Shown here: piece by piece, positions 51,113 to 64,000 of the stretch
Numbering within the stretch: position 1 is the stretch's first letter
Layout: every line of letters starts with the position of its first letter
DNA from: Octopus sinensis
Taxonomy: Eukaryota
DNA length: 64,000 nt
Assembly: GCF_006345805.1 (NCBI RefSeq)
Contig: NC_043001.1
Location: 101,742,001 to 101,806,000 of the forward strand
Direction of reading: 5' to 3'
The notes under the pieces: model-generated
Told to the model about the DNA's origin: nothing
Database searches by the model: none
What the model saw: only the letters and a program-made list of their open reading frames with translations
Program-made: the position numbers and the translations under genes

Positions 51113-51625
51113 CATCCTGCGAGCCATGAATTCACTTCATTTGTCGGGTCTTTGCAGTCACAGCATATCTCCAGAGGTTTCAGTCTTTCACAATTGCCTC
51201 TGTGAGGCCCAACGTTCGAAGGTCACGCTTGACCACCTCATCCCATGTCTTCCTGGGTATATATATATAATCATCATCATCATCATCATCATCATCGTTT
51301 AACTTCCGTTTTCCATGCTAGCACGGGTTGGACGGTTCGACCGGGGTCTGGTAAGCCAGGGGCTGCACCAGGCTCCAATCTGATCTGGCAGTGTTTCCAC
51401 AGCTGGATGCCCTTCCTAACGCCAACCACTCCGCGAGTGTAGTGGGTGCTTTTTACATGCCGCCGGCACAGGTGCCAGAGGAGTTTGGCATCGGCCACGA
51501 TCGGTTGGTGCTTTTAACGTGCCACCGGCACGGAAGCCAGTCAAGGCGGTGCTGGCATCGGCCACGTTTGGATGGTGCTTTTTATGTGCCACCGGCACAG
51601 GTATCACAACTACAATTTCCATTGA
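51113..51625 (-). mobile_element. RTE ORF end (51113-51257) and an adjacent RTE 3'UTR copy (51270-51625)
   Basis: PRKTWDEVVKRDLRTLGLTE..WRYAV; family 3'UTR with three hairpin units. Confidence 0.9.
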
Positions 51626-51683
51626 TATTTTTCATGTGTATGTCTCCATACATATATATATATATATTTTGATCAAAATAAAT

Positions 51684-51721
<38 letters not shown>

Positions 51722-52154
51722 GGAGACATACACATGCAAGTTTCCTTTGAATGATGTTATATTTAGTTCTTCGTTATGTTTGGCACTGTTGTCCATATCT
51801 GTTAAGCTATGCTCATGACGAAATAGCAGCAGAGGAGGATGCTGAGTAATAACGCTGTATGCATATATGCCTATACACTCACACTCACAAAAACACACAT
51901 CCATATACATGCATAGAAAGACACTCACACAAACCCACACAGATACACCTGAGTATACATAAAGTGCGTTGTATAATAAGGGTGTGATTGAGAAAGAAGG
52001 TGGGAATGTACATCAGGTGTGTCAGTTTTAATTCTGGGTGTTTTGTTAGATGCCATTGATTTCAGCAGGGTTAGAAATGTCTACTTCTGAGGTTACTGGC
52101 AAGATTAAATGTGGCATTAAATTAAGATTATCCAGGAGTAATTTGTTATGTCTA

Positions 52155-52620
52155 CATCATCGTCGTCGTCATCATCATTGTCATTTCATGTCTGTTGACT
52201 GGGGCGGTACGTCTGTCAAACGGTAACGCAGGTGTCCCAAGGTGAGCTCAGCGTGGACAGAAACCACACGTCGAGCAAAAGGGCAAAAGCTCACTTGATC
52301 TCGTTTTTCAGCATGGGTTGGATAGTTTAATAGATTCTGGTAAGACCAGGAGCAGTATCGAATTCCATTGCCTGGTTTAGCATGATTTCAAGCGCTGGAT
52401 GCCTTTCTTAACACCAACCACTCTACAGAGTGTCCTGGGTGCTTTGTATGTGGTACCACCATGGGAGCTTTTTACACCCACCAACCTCAGCTGGGAGGAG
52501 GGAGTAATAGTGAAGGAGGTGGTGGCTTTGTGCCAGTTGATGAGAGATTAGACATGTTGAGGGATAAGAGTAGGTCTCCTGATGTAGAATAGATACATGA
52601 ATGCTCTAGTTGAAAAGGAA
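52155..52620 (-). mobile_element. Older RTE 3'UTR copy interrupted by an rRNA fragment
   Basis: catcat..tttcatgtctgtt[insert]gcatgggttggatagttt..ggatgcctttcttaacaccaaccac. Confidence 0.85.
52195..52311 (+). pseudogene. 28S (LSU) rRNA fragment, domain V P-loop to ~H85 region; not a functional rRNA gene
   Basis: ttgactggggcggtac.tctgtcaaacggtaacgcaggtgtcc.aagg.gagctcag...gacagaaacc....gagcaaaagggcaaaagctc.cttgatct...ttttcag matches the conserved eukaryotic LSU sequence. Confidence 0.93.
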
Positions 52621-52947
52621 AGGAGAAACAGCTTATTTAATTAATCACTTGAGTTGTCGAGCATATTTAAAATATAAAATAACTTTTCTATGAGGCACAA
52701 ACAGAAAATCTTGGAACTGTTAATGTGTGGCTTGTTTTGGATTAATATATCTGAATAACTATTCAAATTGCTTAGATTTTCATGTTTTTCAAATGCTGTA
52801 TGTTGTCTGAATGAGATGTGATGCCCATTTTTTTTTTTTTTGGGGGAAGACAAGATGTGGTTATAACTGCAGCTTTTGAAATTTCCTTCAGTCATCTCTA
52901 TATAGTGTTTTATAGTATTGCAAGAAAGAGGGACACATCACCTCCTA

Positions 52948-52985
52948 TATGTATGTATGTACGTATGTATGTGTATATGTATGTG

Positions 52986-53017
<32 letters not shown>

Positions 53018-53340
53018 TGTATGTATGTATGTAGTATGTATGTACATATGTATGTATGTGTGTATATATGTATGTACGTGTGTATGTATGTATGTGTATA
53101 TGTATGTATATGTGTATATCATTATTCAGTTTATTTCAAGATTTCTTGCCAATAGAGAAAGAACTGGTTTCTAACTTAGATCCAAAACTCTTTTATTGGA
53201 ATTTTAACATCAACAACAGGGTATGTATGTATGTATGTATGTATGTATGTATGTATGTATGTATGTATGTATGTATGCATGTATGTATGTATGTATGTAT
53301 GTATGTATGTATGTATGTATGTATGTATGTATGTATTATG
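52948..53340. repeat. (ATGT)n arrays
   Basis: Seen directly. Confidence 0.95.
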
Positions 53341-53365
53341 CATGTGCGTGTACGTATGTATGTAT

Positions 53366-53680
53366 GTGAAGGTACATGGCTTAGTATTTAGGGTTTTGAC
53401 TTCTCAACTGAAAAGTTGTGAGGTTCAATTTCTGGTGACACATTGTGTTCTTGAGCAAGACACTTTATTTCACATTGCTCCAATCCAGTTATATGGCAAA
53501 AATGTGTTGTGCTTGTATTTCAAAGGGTCCAGCCTTGTCACATTTCATATCATGCTGAAGCTCACAGAGAACTACATTAAGGGTATGCATGTCTGTGGAA
53601 TACTCAACCACTTGCACATTAATTTAACAAGCCAGCTGGATCGACCAGAACATTCATCATAACTAACTGAGTGCCAGTTT
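53366..53680 (+). mobile_element. tRNA-head SINE family D
   Basis: gtgaaggtacatggcttagt..ggttcaatttc..gttcttgagcaagacact..actacattaaggg. Confidence 0.85.
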
Positions 53681-53691
53681 TTATATATATG

Positions 53692-53840
53692 TGGTCGGCA
53701 TTAGGAAGAGCATCCAGCCATAGAAACCTTGCCAAATTGGATTGGAACTTGGTGCAGCTCCCTGGATTACCAGTTTTTCAATCAACCCATCCAACCCATG
53801 CCAGCATAGAAAGCAGATGTTAAATGATGATGATGTTGAT
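53692..53840 (+). mobile_element. RTE 3'UTR terminal fragment
   Basis: ggcattaggaagagcatccagcc..ccaacccatgccagcat..gttaaatgatgatgatg. Confidence 0.85.
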
Positions 53841-54211
53841 GTATCTGTGTGTTGTGTGTGTGTATTTAACATTACAAGATGGAACTTAACTCACCAATTT
53901 CCTCGGGTCAACAAAACGTTGGTCCACACAAAACCATTTCCGAGTGGTTTCTGTAGGGTTTCACTTTTCAAATTTCTTTCACAAAATTTTGGTCATTCCA
54001 AAGCTATAATAAAAGAAACTTGTCCAAGATCCAAATGAATTCTGTCTTTCTCTCTAAACACCAGCATCACTATAACTATCATCATCATCATCATTATCAT
54101 CACCAATACTATTGTCCTCTTTAATAGTATCACCAGCCGAAAGTTGCCTACACCATTATCACCACCATTTCCACACACACACAGATATATGTGTGTGTGT
54201 GTGGTTATGAC

Positions 54212-54365
54212 TGTCTTCCGTTTCCGTTAACCAATTCCACTGACAATGCTTTCAGCAGACCAAGGCTATAATAAAAGACATTTATCCAAGGAGTTTCACA
54301 GTGGGACTGAACCCAGAACCATGTGGTTGGGAAGCAAGCTTCTTACTACACAGCCATGCCCACAC
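54212..54365 (-). mobile_element. SINE family C 5' half
   Basis: cagtgggactgaacccagaaccatgtggttgggaagcaagc..cacagccatgcc. Confidence 0.85.
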
Positions 54366-56074
54366 CTGTACATTTTTTTCATAGCCTTATGAACAGATTA
54401 TAGATACACACAACATTTTGATTTCCATTCTCTGTCTACCGAAATTATATATTTTTTTAAATACATATCTCCCCTGGAATAAAAGACAAAAATTATAAAA
54501 TGAAATATAAAAAACTATTGAGTGCGTCTTAGAGGTCAATCTGAATGGGGAAATTTTTAAATGGTTATTATCATAAAGAATGATAAGACAGGTTAATAGC
54601 TTGACAAAAATTTTTTTTAAATTCCTAAATATAATAGATAAAATATAATGAATAAAAGAAGAAGGGCATGGAGGAAAGAAAGCAAGGAACTTGAAGGAGA
54701 AAGAAGAATGAACTGCCTATCAAACAATTAATGAATTCCATACACAATGATGGAGCTTTTAAAGACTTTCTGTTAGTCAATGAAATGGAAAAACGGTAAT
54801 TTTGGGAATCTGTTTGTCTTCCACCCCATAGAACATTTCTTCACTTTCCTTCCTTGCTGTTGTCTTTTTCTTTCTCTTCTTATTTTCTTCAGAGTTGGAA
54901 GATATGAACGAAAGAGTGAATGAGAAGCAAGAAGTCAAAGAAGAAAACAGAGAGGGAGAGAGGAGAAGAGAAAGAGTGGAAGAGAGAGAGAGAGAGAGCA
55001 AAAGACAATGTGGAGTAAGAGGAGAAAGTAACAGAAAAAGAAAGACAGAGAGAACGAGGTATTCAGGCAGACAGACAGACAGAAAGGCAAAAAAAGTAAG
55101 AAAAAGAACAGGAGAGAGAATGACAGAAAATGAAAAAAAATGAAAGAGAAAAAAGTAACAGAAGAGAGAGAGAGAGAGAGGAAAAGAGAGAGAGAGAGGA
55201 AAAGAGAGAGAGAGATTTGTATTTTTTTTTTATAAGCAGTTTTGTAAATAAATCTAATGTGGCAACGAATGATGAGTGTCTCCTCTACAAACTCCAGCAA
55301 GTATGGCTGTGCCACCACCACCACTTCCATCAGACTGAAAGAGAAAGATAGAAGAGCAGGAAAGAAGGACAAGAGAGACTGAGAGAGAGAGGGAGAGAGA
55401 GAGAAAGAGAGAGAGAAACAAACGTGGAGGAATGATGATGATGATGATTATGATAATTATGATGATGGTGGTGGTGGTGGTGGTGGTGGTGGTGATGATG
55501 ATGGTGATGATGATTATGTTGATAATGAGGAGGAGGAGGAGGAGGGATATACATATTTATGTAACTAGGGAAATGTGGTTCGTTTCTGCTTAACTCTATC
55601 ACAGGATCTCTTCTGCCACCACCACCCACCACCCACCACTACTGCCACGATAACCATGACCACTTCACTCCAACCCGTACCACATCTCTACTAAAACCAA
55701 TACAATCATTAAAGTCCTCATGACCACCACCACCACCACACAACAGCCAACACTATCATCCTAACCAAGGTGACCATCACACCCATCCCTAACCTCCTCC
55801 ACCACCCTCACCACTTCTCTTACATCTAAGAAGAAACTTCTATATGGCCATTTGGACTGCTAGAAATAATAACTAAACTCTCTCAAAAGAAAACCTTCCT
55901 TTCTTACAGTAACATGGAATTCTGAAGTCCAAGTTGCATTGTTCAGGAAAATGATGCGTGATGGTCATGGCTGGCATGCTTTTGATCACTCAGGCCCACT
56001 CAAAGAAGGGTGTCCTGGAGTTACACAACAACACTAACAACAATAAGATATTGCAGAAAAGCAGCTGGCTGCAT

Positions 56075-56560
56075 CACAACAATAACAACACCACCACTGC
56101 CATCACCACCACCACTGCCACCACAACCACCACCGCCGCCACCACCACCACCACCATAACCGCTATCAGCAATACCACTGTTGCCACCACAACCACAACC
56201 ACCACCACCACCACCACAACCACAACCACCACCATCACCACCACAACAACCGCCACTGCTGCCACCACCACAACAACCGCCACTGCTGCCACCACCACAA
56301 CCACCACCACAACAACCGCCACTGCTGCCAGCACCACAACAACCGCCACTGCTGCCACCACCACAACCACCACCACAACAACTGCCACTGCTGCCACCAC
56401 CACAACCACCACCACAACAACCGCCACTGCTGCCACCACCACAACCACTGCTGCTACTACCACCATCACTATCACCTTATGACCACCACTGTCACTAAAA
56501 CCAGCACCACCACCACCACCACCAGCACAATAACCAGCTGCACCACCACTACCTCCCACC
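56075..56560. repeat. (ACC/ACA)n-derived minisatellite, unit containing acaaccgccactgctgcc
   Basis: About 7 copies in ~56245-56460; the poly-T/P ORFs are artefacts. Confidence 0.9.
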
Positions 56561-56855
56561 GCCTCTAACAGATCTTTTCTTCACAATAATATTTCTTCAA
56601 GTTTGTATTACGTAAAGAGAGGAAAGAAGGAAGGAAGAAGGAAAAAATAAAGGAAAGCGAGAAGGAAAGAACGCAGGAGACAAAGGAGGAAAGAAAGAAA
56701 GAGTGGACGAGAGAAGGAAAACAAGAGGAAGAAGTTAGTGTTGGCTGTGAATGGATGCATACATACATATATGCATATATACACACCTACGGATATACAG
56801 TCGTATATATATACACACACATGCACATACTATATATATGTGTGTGTGGTGTGTG

Positions 56856-56893
<38 letters not shown>

Positions 56894-57437
56894 TCTACAG
56901 CATCATTCTCTGCATAATCATCATCATCATCGTCGTCGTCATCATCACTAAGCGCTCCATCACTACTGCTGCCATCACAATCACCATCAGCAACATAACA
57001 GCAATCATCCACCACCACCACCACACCACCACCACCACCACCATATTCACCATCACTGATACCACATCCTCATATATATACCTCTTACCTCTAACACCTT
57101 CAATATCACCACCACCACCACTATTAGCACTACCCCCCCACACACACACACACCCACTATTACAAACCCATCTCCACCAACACCACCACCACCACAATGC
57201 CTACAAACCACAGCCCCCCCCCCCCCCGCCCGCCCCCACCCCACCGCCACCACCTTCTAAACACTCTAATGGTCTCAAGTTGTCAGCAATGTGCAGTCTA
57301 TAAATTTCCTTAAAGCTGCGTATTCCACACCATCCTCGTCCAAGTTGAGGATGGAGAGAATTCACTAGAAAATCAAACACTTTTACACACAAACACAATC
57401 ACACACAGTAACACATGGGCAATTGTACACACAGACT

Positions 57438-57439
<2 letters not shown>

Positions 57440-57496
<57 letters not shown>

Positions 57497-57999
57497 TAGA
57501 TATATATTTATATTATATATATATATATATATTATATATGCATATATATATATACATGCATATATATATATAATGCATATATGTATATATATGTGTATGC
57601 ATATATATATATATATATATATATGCACATATATGCATACACAAGCACGTACACACATATACACATGTATATTATATATATATGTATGTATGTATGTATA
57701 CACATTGTGGTGTGTGTATGCATGTTCATGTGACTACGTATGTGTGTGCATGATAAAAATTATCAAAAGATAACGATACAATTGCAGGATGTGATTACAT
57801 GCAAAAATAGGCTTAAACGCATTCATAAATATATGTAGAACTACACGCATACACACACGTGCATGTGTGTGTTTTTGTGTGTGTATGTGTATTTACAATT
57901 CTGTGTATTTCTGTCCTTGTTTCTTTCCCCCCCTCTGTCTCTCTCTTGACATATACATATATATATATCATGTATATATGTGTGTGTCTGTATATGTAT

Positions 58000-58034
<35 letters not shown>

Positions 58035-58197
58035 ATGTGTGTATATATAAATGTATATATAATATACACCCCCACATATATATCAATGTATGTATGCAAG
58101 TATGTCTGTCTATATGAAATATACACACACGCACGCACGCACATATATATAATAATAGATACATTTGTACATACAGGTGTATATATTTGTATGTTTA

Positions 58198-58234
<37 letters not shown>

Positions 58235-58588
58235 ACACACACACACACACCACACACCTAAAATCTGTTTAAATACATATAGATTGATTTTGTTTTTTTT
58301 TTTGTTTTTTTCAATAAATATGTATTTATAAGAATTGAGAAGATAAAATACGTTAATATAGTTACAATATTCATAAAGTGATATTTCTCAGTATTTACAG
58401 ATATCAAATAAAAAGATAAAACCAACAAAAACAAATATGAGAAAAGAAGGGGAAAAAAATTGAATATCTACTTTAAGCCGAGTATAAAATCAATGAAAAT
58501 TGGATGAAATTTACAAGTATGAAAATTTGCATATATTACGTTTTTCTGCTTTTTGCTTTTATACATACAGGCATAGACATACACATAG

Positions 58589-58635
<47 letters not shown>

Positions 58636-58750
58636 TATATATATATATACATATATATATGTATATAACATATGTGAATATACTCACTCAAGCACACACC
58701 CACCTGTGTATATAATACAAGTGGTTTTAAAAGTATCTATGATGAATTTA

Positions 58751-58783
<33 letters not shown>

Positions 58784-58898
58784 ATAGATAGAGGATAGAT
58801 AGATTTGCATGCATATATATGTATATATAGGTGTGTATATATATATATGAATATATATATATGATATATATATATATAATATTATATATTTATATATA

Positions 58899-58936
<38 letters not shown>

Positions 58937-59766
58937 GTTCTTTTACTAGTAGTAGTCATATTTATGTTATATGAATGCATATACTACATGTGTATTACAC
59001 ATATACATACATATATATTATATATAATATATACACACACACACACTCACAATTATAGAGACTAAAAGAATATCTATATATATACATATGTGTGTGTATA
59101 ATATAATATATATATATATATATATGTAAGTGTTTGTATGTAGACATATTCTTTTACTGCTCACAGCCATTCGACCGTGGTCATGCTGTAGCACTGTCTT
59201 CAAGGATTTTAGGTGATGTTATTGGTGACTACTAGTACCTGCTGCAATTTGGTACTTATTTTATCCATTCTCATTTGTCAGACTGCCAAGTTAAAGGAGA
59301 CAAAGAGATATAACATTAAAAAAACACATGAACATAAGTACAGGCACTCTCTCACTCTCTCTATCTCTCTCACACACATACACACATATATATATATATA
59401 TGTATAAATAAGTTTCAGCACAGTTTCCATATATTCATATCCCACACTTATGGCATTGGTCAACTGAAGGCACATACTAAAGGAACCAGACTGCAGGATC
59501 AAACTATGAACAGCATGGTTGTGAAGGAAGCATTCTTAGCTATAAATTCCATACCAACAGGAAAACATGTGTCTGTACAGGTATAATGTATACATGTGTG
59601 TGTATATATCTATATCTATATCTATATCTAGAAGCAACGAAAATTTTAGAAAAACTAAATAAGTAAATGAGTGGAAATTGAACCGGTGAGTGTGTTAAAT
59701 AATAAGGCACTAAAAGAGAATGTGTATGTATATATATATATGTGTGTATATGTGTATATATGTGTG

Positions 59767-59829
<63 letters not shown>

Positions 59830-59988
59830 GTGTGTATAGATATATATATATATATATATATATGCATATACATATGTGTATATATATATATGATATATAT
59901 ATATAATATATATAAATATGTATATACATCTGTATATATATGTGTATATATATGTTTGATGATGATATATACATATATATATCTGTGT

Positions 59989-60039
<51 letters not shown>

Positions 60040-60050
60040 CTAATATATAT
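57440..60050. repeat. Dense (AT)n/(GT)n microsatellite field with a decayed SINE C (59150-59520, minus)
   Basis: Seen directly. Confidence 0.85.
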
Positions 60051-60697
60051 ACCACTCTGCTCTCTGTATCTCTGTCTGCCCTCTACTGCCTTTCTCACCA
60101 TCTCACCAACCACCAAAGCGACTGGTCGTATTTTTCCTCATCTCCCACTCTCAACCCATTTTGCTGTCTCTCTGTTGCCCTGTTTCTAATCCTTTAGGAT
60201 ATTCCTCCCGGCATTAAACCATAATTTCATCCCCTGTCTTGTTCTAAGGCCATATTCTGTTTATTTCTTTCAATTTGTTCATATGTCCACACTTCTTTCA
60301 CCCTGTGTCTTTGCATCTTTGTTCCTCATCCATCCACAAACAGCTTCATCTCGAATCATATTTATTCATGTTTCTATGTCCAATTTTTGTATTGCATATT
60401 TATTTATTTATTGTTTGCTGTTCACTTTCTGTCACGTTTGGTCCCTGGAGGAAGCTATTTCCTGATGGCTCCTTGCTGCCAGCGTCACCAGAAGGGGGAG
60501 TAATATTATTGCCGAAAGTGCAAAATTGCATTTCACCCTCTGGCCAATAACTGACAAGGATTTAGTGACCTTCTGTGTCTGTTTTCCATTTGTTTGTTCT
60601 GTTCGTTTTTATGTTTTTTAACTTATCATTTAATGGAACACCACATACCCTAGTTTTGTTTACAGTGTATATATATGTAAGTATATATATATATATA

Positions 60698-61109
60698 TAC
60701 TCTTTTACTCTTTTACTTGTTTCAGTCATTTGACTGTGGCCATGCTGGAGCACCGCCTTTAGTCGAGCAAATCGACCCCGGGACTTATTCTTTGTAAGCC
60801 CAGTACTTATACTGTCGGTCTCTTTTGCCGAACTGCTAAGTGACGGGGACGTAAACACACCACCATCGGTTGTCAAGCAATATTGGGGGACAAACACAGA
60901 CACACAAACATATACACACACACAGATATATATATATACATATATACGACAGGCTTCTTTCAGTTTCCGTCTACCAAATCCGCTCACAAGGCATTGGTCG
61001 GCCCGGGGCTATAGCAGAAGACACTTGCCCAAGATGCCACGCAGTGGGACTGAACCCGGAACCATGTAAATGGTTAGCAAGCTACTTACCACACAGCCAC
61101 TCCTGCGCC
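60698..61109 (-). mobile_element. Full-length young SINE family C in (TA)n
   Basis: Minus strand: ggcgcaggagtggctgtgtggt (A box), gggttcagtccc (B box), cttgggcaagtgtctt, internal (TA/TG)n, tail (gtaaaaga)n. Confidence 0.92.
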
Positions 61110-61136
61110 TATATATATATATATATATATGTGATG

Positions 61137-61448
61137 ATCATGATGATGATGAACTTTCCTGTCATTAAACAGCATATGAGGGTTCAACAATTTCTTACTG
61201 AACATCCACATAAATGATTTGTTTATAGTGATCAAATGTTTCTGTGGACATAAGCTCACTCCCTCCATCAGATCGACATTACCTGTACAGGTGCAACAAG
61301 TGCCACATGCCAGATGTCGAAATAATTGCAGAGCAACGTGAAATGAAGAGCTTTGCTCAAGAACACGACACAGTGCCTGATCTGGGAATCGAACCCATGA
61401 TCTCATAGTTGTGAGTGCAACACCTTAACCACTAAGCCATGCACCTTC
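61137..61448 (-). mobile_element. tRNA-head SINE (family D head, distinct body, (CAT)n tail)
   Basis: Minus strand: tggcttagtggttaagg (A box), gggttcgattccc (B box), gtgttcttgagcaaag. Confidence 0.88.
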
Positions 61449-61528
61449 ACACACACACACACACACACACACAACACACACACAACACACACACACACCA
61501 TATATATATGTACATATGTGTGTGTGTG

Positions 61529-61572
<44 letters not shown>

Positions 61573-61603
61573 ATATATAGATATATATAATATATATTAT
61601 ATG

Positions 61604-61636
<33 letters not shown>

Positions 61637-61646
61637 GTATATATAT

Positions 61647-61692
<46 letters not shown>

Positions 61693-61763
61693 ATATATAT
61701 GCATATATATATATATATATTACATATATGCATATAGTATATATATATATATATATATGTGTG

Positions 61764-61798
<35 letters not shown>

Positions 61799-62857
61799 CA
61801 GACATGCAGACATACATGCATGTATTTATTTGTTCTGGATTTTTATCCAATAAGTTTTGTATATTTAACAAAACAAGAATATCAAAGACTTCATCAGAAA
61901 CGATATAAATAAACAGAAACAGATTCTTGTACGTTCAATGTTTAGTTTTGATAAATGAAGTGAAAATTGGAAAAAAACAATATTAATGCCACAAGGAATC
62001 TTCTTTTTAGAAATTTTCCGTTTTCTTCAATTTTTGTCCAATTCTTTTTCCATTAACCTTCAGGGATGGAGTTATGTGCGGCGGTGGGTTCACTTTGAAT
62101 TTTGTCCCTTCCTATTTTTCTAGGGTTGGATTTTCAAATAATATTCATGTTAATAATTAAAACAACATTTGTTTTGCTTCAATGCTTACACATACATAAA
62201 AATATTGATGTATACACATACATATATGTAAATATATTTACATATGTATGTATGTATATGTGTGTGTGCGTGCTTGTGTGTATTGTAATATTCTACATAA
62301 ATAATACTGATTTTATGACTTCAAATTTCATGCTAGATAGAGCATTCTTCAGATGGATGTGATTCAGTGGTTTTATATACTTACATGTGTGTGTGTGTGC
62401 ACATAACACACACACATCTACTGGAAATCTCTGTATTATCTATATTATTCCAAATTTCTATTATCACTCAGTCCTGTCTCTTTCCTTCTTCCTTCCTCAT
62501 CCCTCAGTCTCTATCTCTCTCTCTCTTCCATAGTTCTCTCTCTCTTTTCTCTCTCTCTCTCTCTCTTTCCATATTTCTCTCCTCTCTCTCTCTCTTTCTC
62601 ACTCACACTGTATATACTTTTTATTTGCTCTCTCTCTCTCTATTTCCCTGCACTGGTGAAAATAAAGTTATTTGCTGCTCCCTTCTGTAATCACTTGTGT
62701 TGGTCATGCATGGATGGGTAATTAATTTTGTCTGGAGGAAACATAAGTATACATTTTCTCAAGTGCTCTAGTTGTACTAATATTGTTTGACAACCCCAGG
62801 AAGATGAAAACCTGGGCATCAGTGTTTTAATCTATATTTTAATGTTTTAATGATTCT

Positions 62858-63261
62858 TATTTCTTTACTACCCACAAGGGGCTAAACATAGAGGGAACAA
62901 ACAAGGACAGAGGGTTAAGTCGATTACATCGACCCCAGTGCGCGACTGGTATTTAATCTATCGACCCCAAAAGTATGAAAGGCAAAGTCGACCTCAGCGG
63001 AATTTGAACTCAGAACATATCATCAGACGAAATACTTATTTCTTTACTACCCACAAGGGGCTAAACACAGAAAGGACAAACAAGGACAGAAAAATGGATT
63101 AAGTCAATCATATCGACCCCAGTGCGTAACTGGTACTTATTTAATCGACCCCGAGAGAATGAAAGGCAAAGTTGACCTTGGCGGAATTTGAACTCAGAAT
63201 GTAGCGGCAGATGAAATACCGCTAAGCATTTCGCCCGGCGTGCTAACGATTCTGCCAGCTC
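62858..63261 (-). mobile_element. SINE family B head-to-tail dimer inside one 16-bp TSD
   Basis: Monomers 63037-63261 and 62858-63035; atgttttaatgattct at 62842-62857 and 63262-63277. Confidence 0.92.
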
Positions 63262-63574
63262 ATGTTTTAATGATTCTGTTAACACACACATGCACACACA
63301 CACACACACATACACACTTACGCAGAACACATGCATGCACGTGCAGAAATAGTTACACATAAACATACACAGCAACACACACACAGACATCTGCGCAGAT
63401 GCTCAATACCAAATTGCACTTAGAATTTAATATTGCTTAACCCCAGGGTCTTCTAGAAGACATTTTCTCAAGCTGCCTTGAAGTGATATTTCAATTTGGC
63501 CAACATTTGATTCCAAAGCAAGTTTCTAAACTATACAGCCAAGATTGTGTAGATGTCCAGTCTATGTGAATTAT

Positions 63575-63880
63575 GCAGGCTTGGCTGTGTGGCAATAGGC
63601 TTGCTTCCCAGCCACATGGTTCTGGGTTCAGTCCTAATGCATGACACCTTGGGCAAGTGTCTTCTACTCTAGCCTCAGGCCGACCAAAGCCTTGTGAGTG
63701 GATTTGGTAGATGGAAACTGAAAGAAGCCCATCATGCATCTGTGTGTGTGTTTGTTATCTACCACTTCTTGACAACCGGTGTTGGTTTGTTTACACCCCT
63801 GTGACTTAGCAGCTCAGCAAAAGAGACCAATAGAATAAGTACCAGATTTACATGCAAAGAATAAGTTCCCGGATCGATTT
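63575..63880 (+). mobile_element. SINE family C, 3'-truncated, followed by a SINE B head fragment (minus, ~63885-63945)
   Basis: tggctgtgtgg..gggttcagtcc..ccttgggcaagtgtcttc..gaaactgaaagaagccc. Confidence 0.88.
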
Positions 63881-64000
63881 ATACAGACAGATGAAATATC
63901 TCTAAGCATTTCGCTCAGCATGCTAACTTTTCTGCCAGCTTTCCACCTTAATAAATAATAATCATTTGGACCTGGATTTGAACTCCCAAACCAAATTTTA

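Noticed and set aside
51445-51600. CRISPR-like repeat-spacer pattern
   Set aside because: Spacers are homologous to each other, the array is part of a LINE 3'UTR, the context is eukaryotic and there are no cas genes.
52195-52311. Functional rRNA gene
   Set aside because: Only 117 nt, with no flanking rDNA.
55255-55375. Minus-strand acceptor-like site (ctttctctttcag) and a short possible exon
   Set aside because: The pyrimidine tract is explained by the (GA)n microsatellite; no donor site or recognisable peptide.
60480-60545. Hairpin-rich segment with ccagaagg...ccgaaa, hammerhead-like
   Set aside because: The core deviates at several invariant positions and stem I does not pair.
61370-61448. 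tRNA gene (good A and B boxes)
   Set aside because: Continues into a SINE body and (CAT)n tail; no clean acceptor stem.

Overview
AT-rich, microsatellite-saturated eukaryotic non-coding DNA (intronic or intergenic). The repeat landscape of (AT)n/(AC)n/(GAT)n arrays, RTE LINEs with (GAT)n tails and several tRNA-head SINE families suggests an octopus or other coleoid cephalopod genome; this is inference from repeat content only. I can support no host protein-coding exon, and almost all ORFs in the track are translations of simple repeats. The real coding remnants are all transposon-derived: several RTE-clade LINE pieces (one decayed ~3.3 kb copy), a young Tx1/L1-clade 3' fragment ending at a (CT)n tract, Tc1/mariner, hAT, a probable Merlin fragment and a Penelope-like RT. 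The most notable observations are: (1) short fold-back elements in (AT)n tracts whose arms carry type-I hammerhead ribozyme motifs of the Penelope pseudo-LTR kind (3481-3655, 15397-15648, 50369-50457), two of them with a CCGANGA core variant; (2) a ~117-nt 28S rRNA fragment (P-loop region of domain V) inserted inside the tail of an RTE-derived repeat (52195-52311); (3) single-event insertions with intact target-site duplications, including a SINE dimer and a nested RTE. All assignments come from reading motifs by eye; no database search or folding was run.
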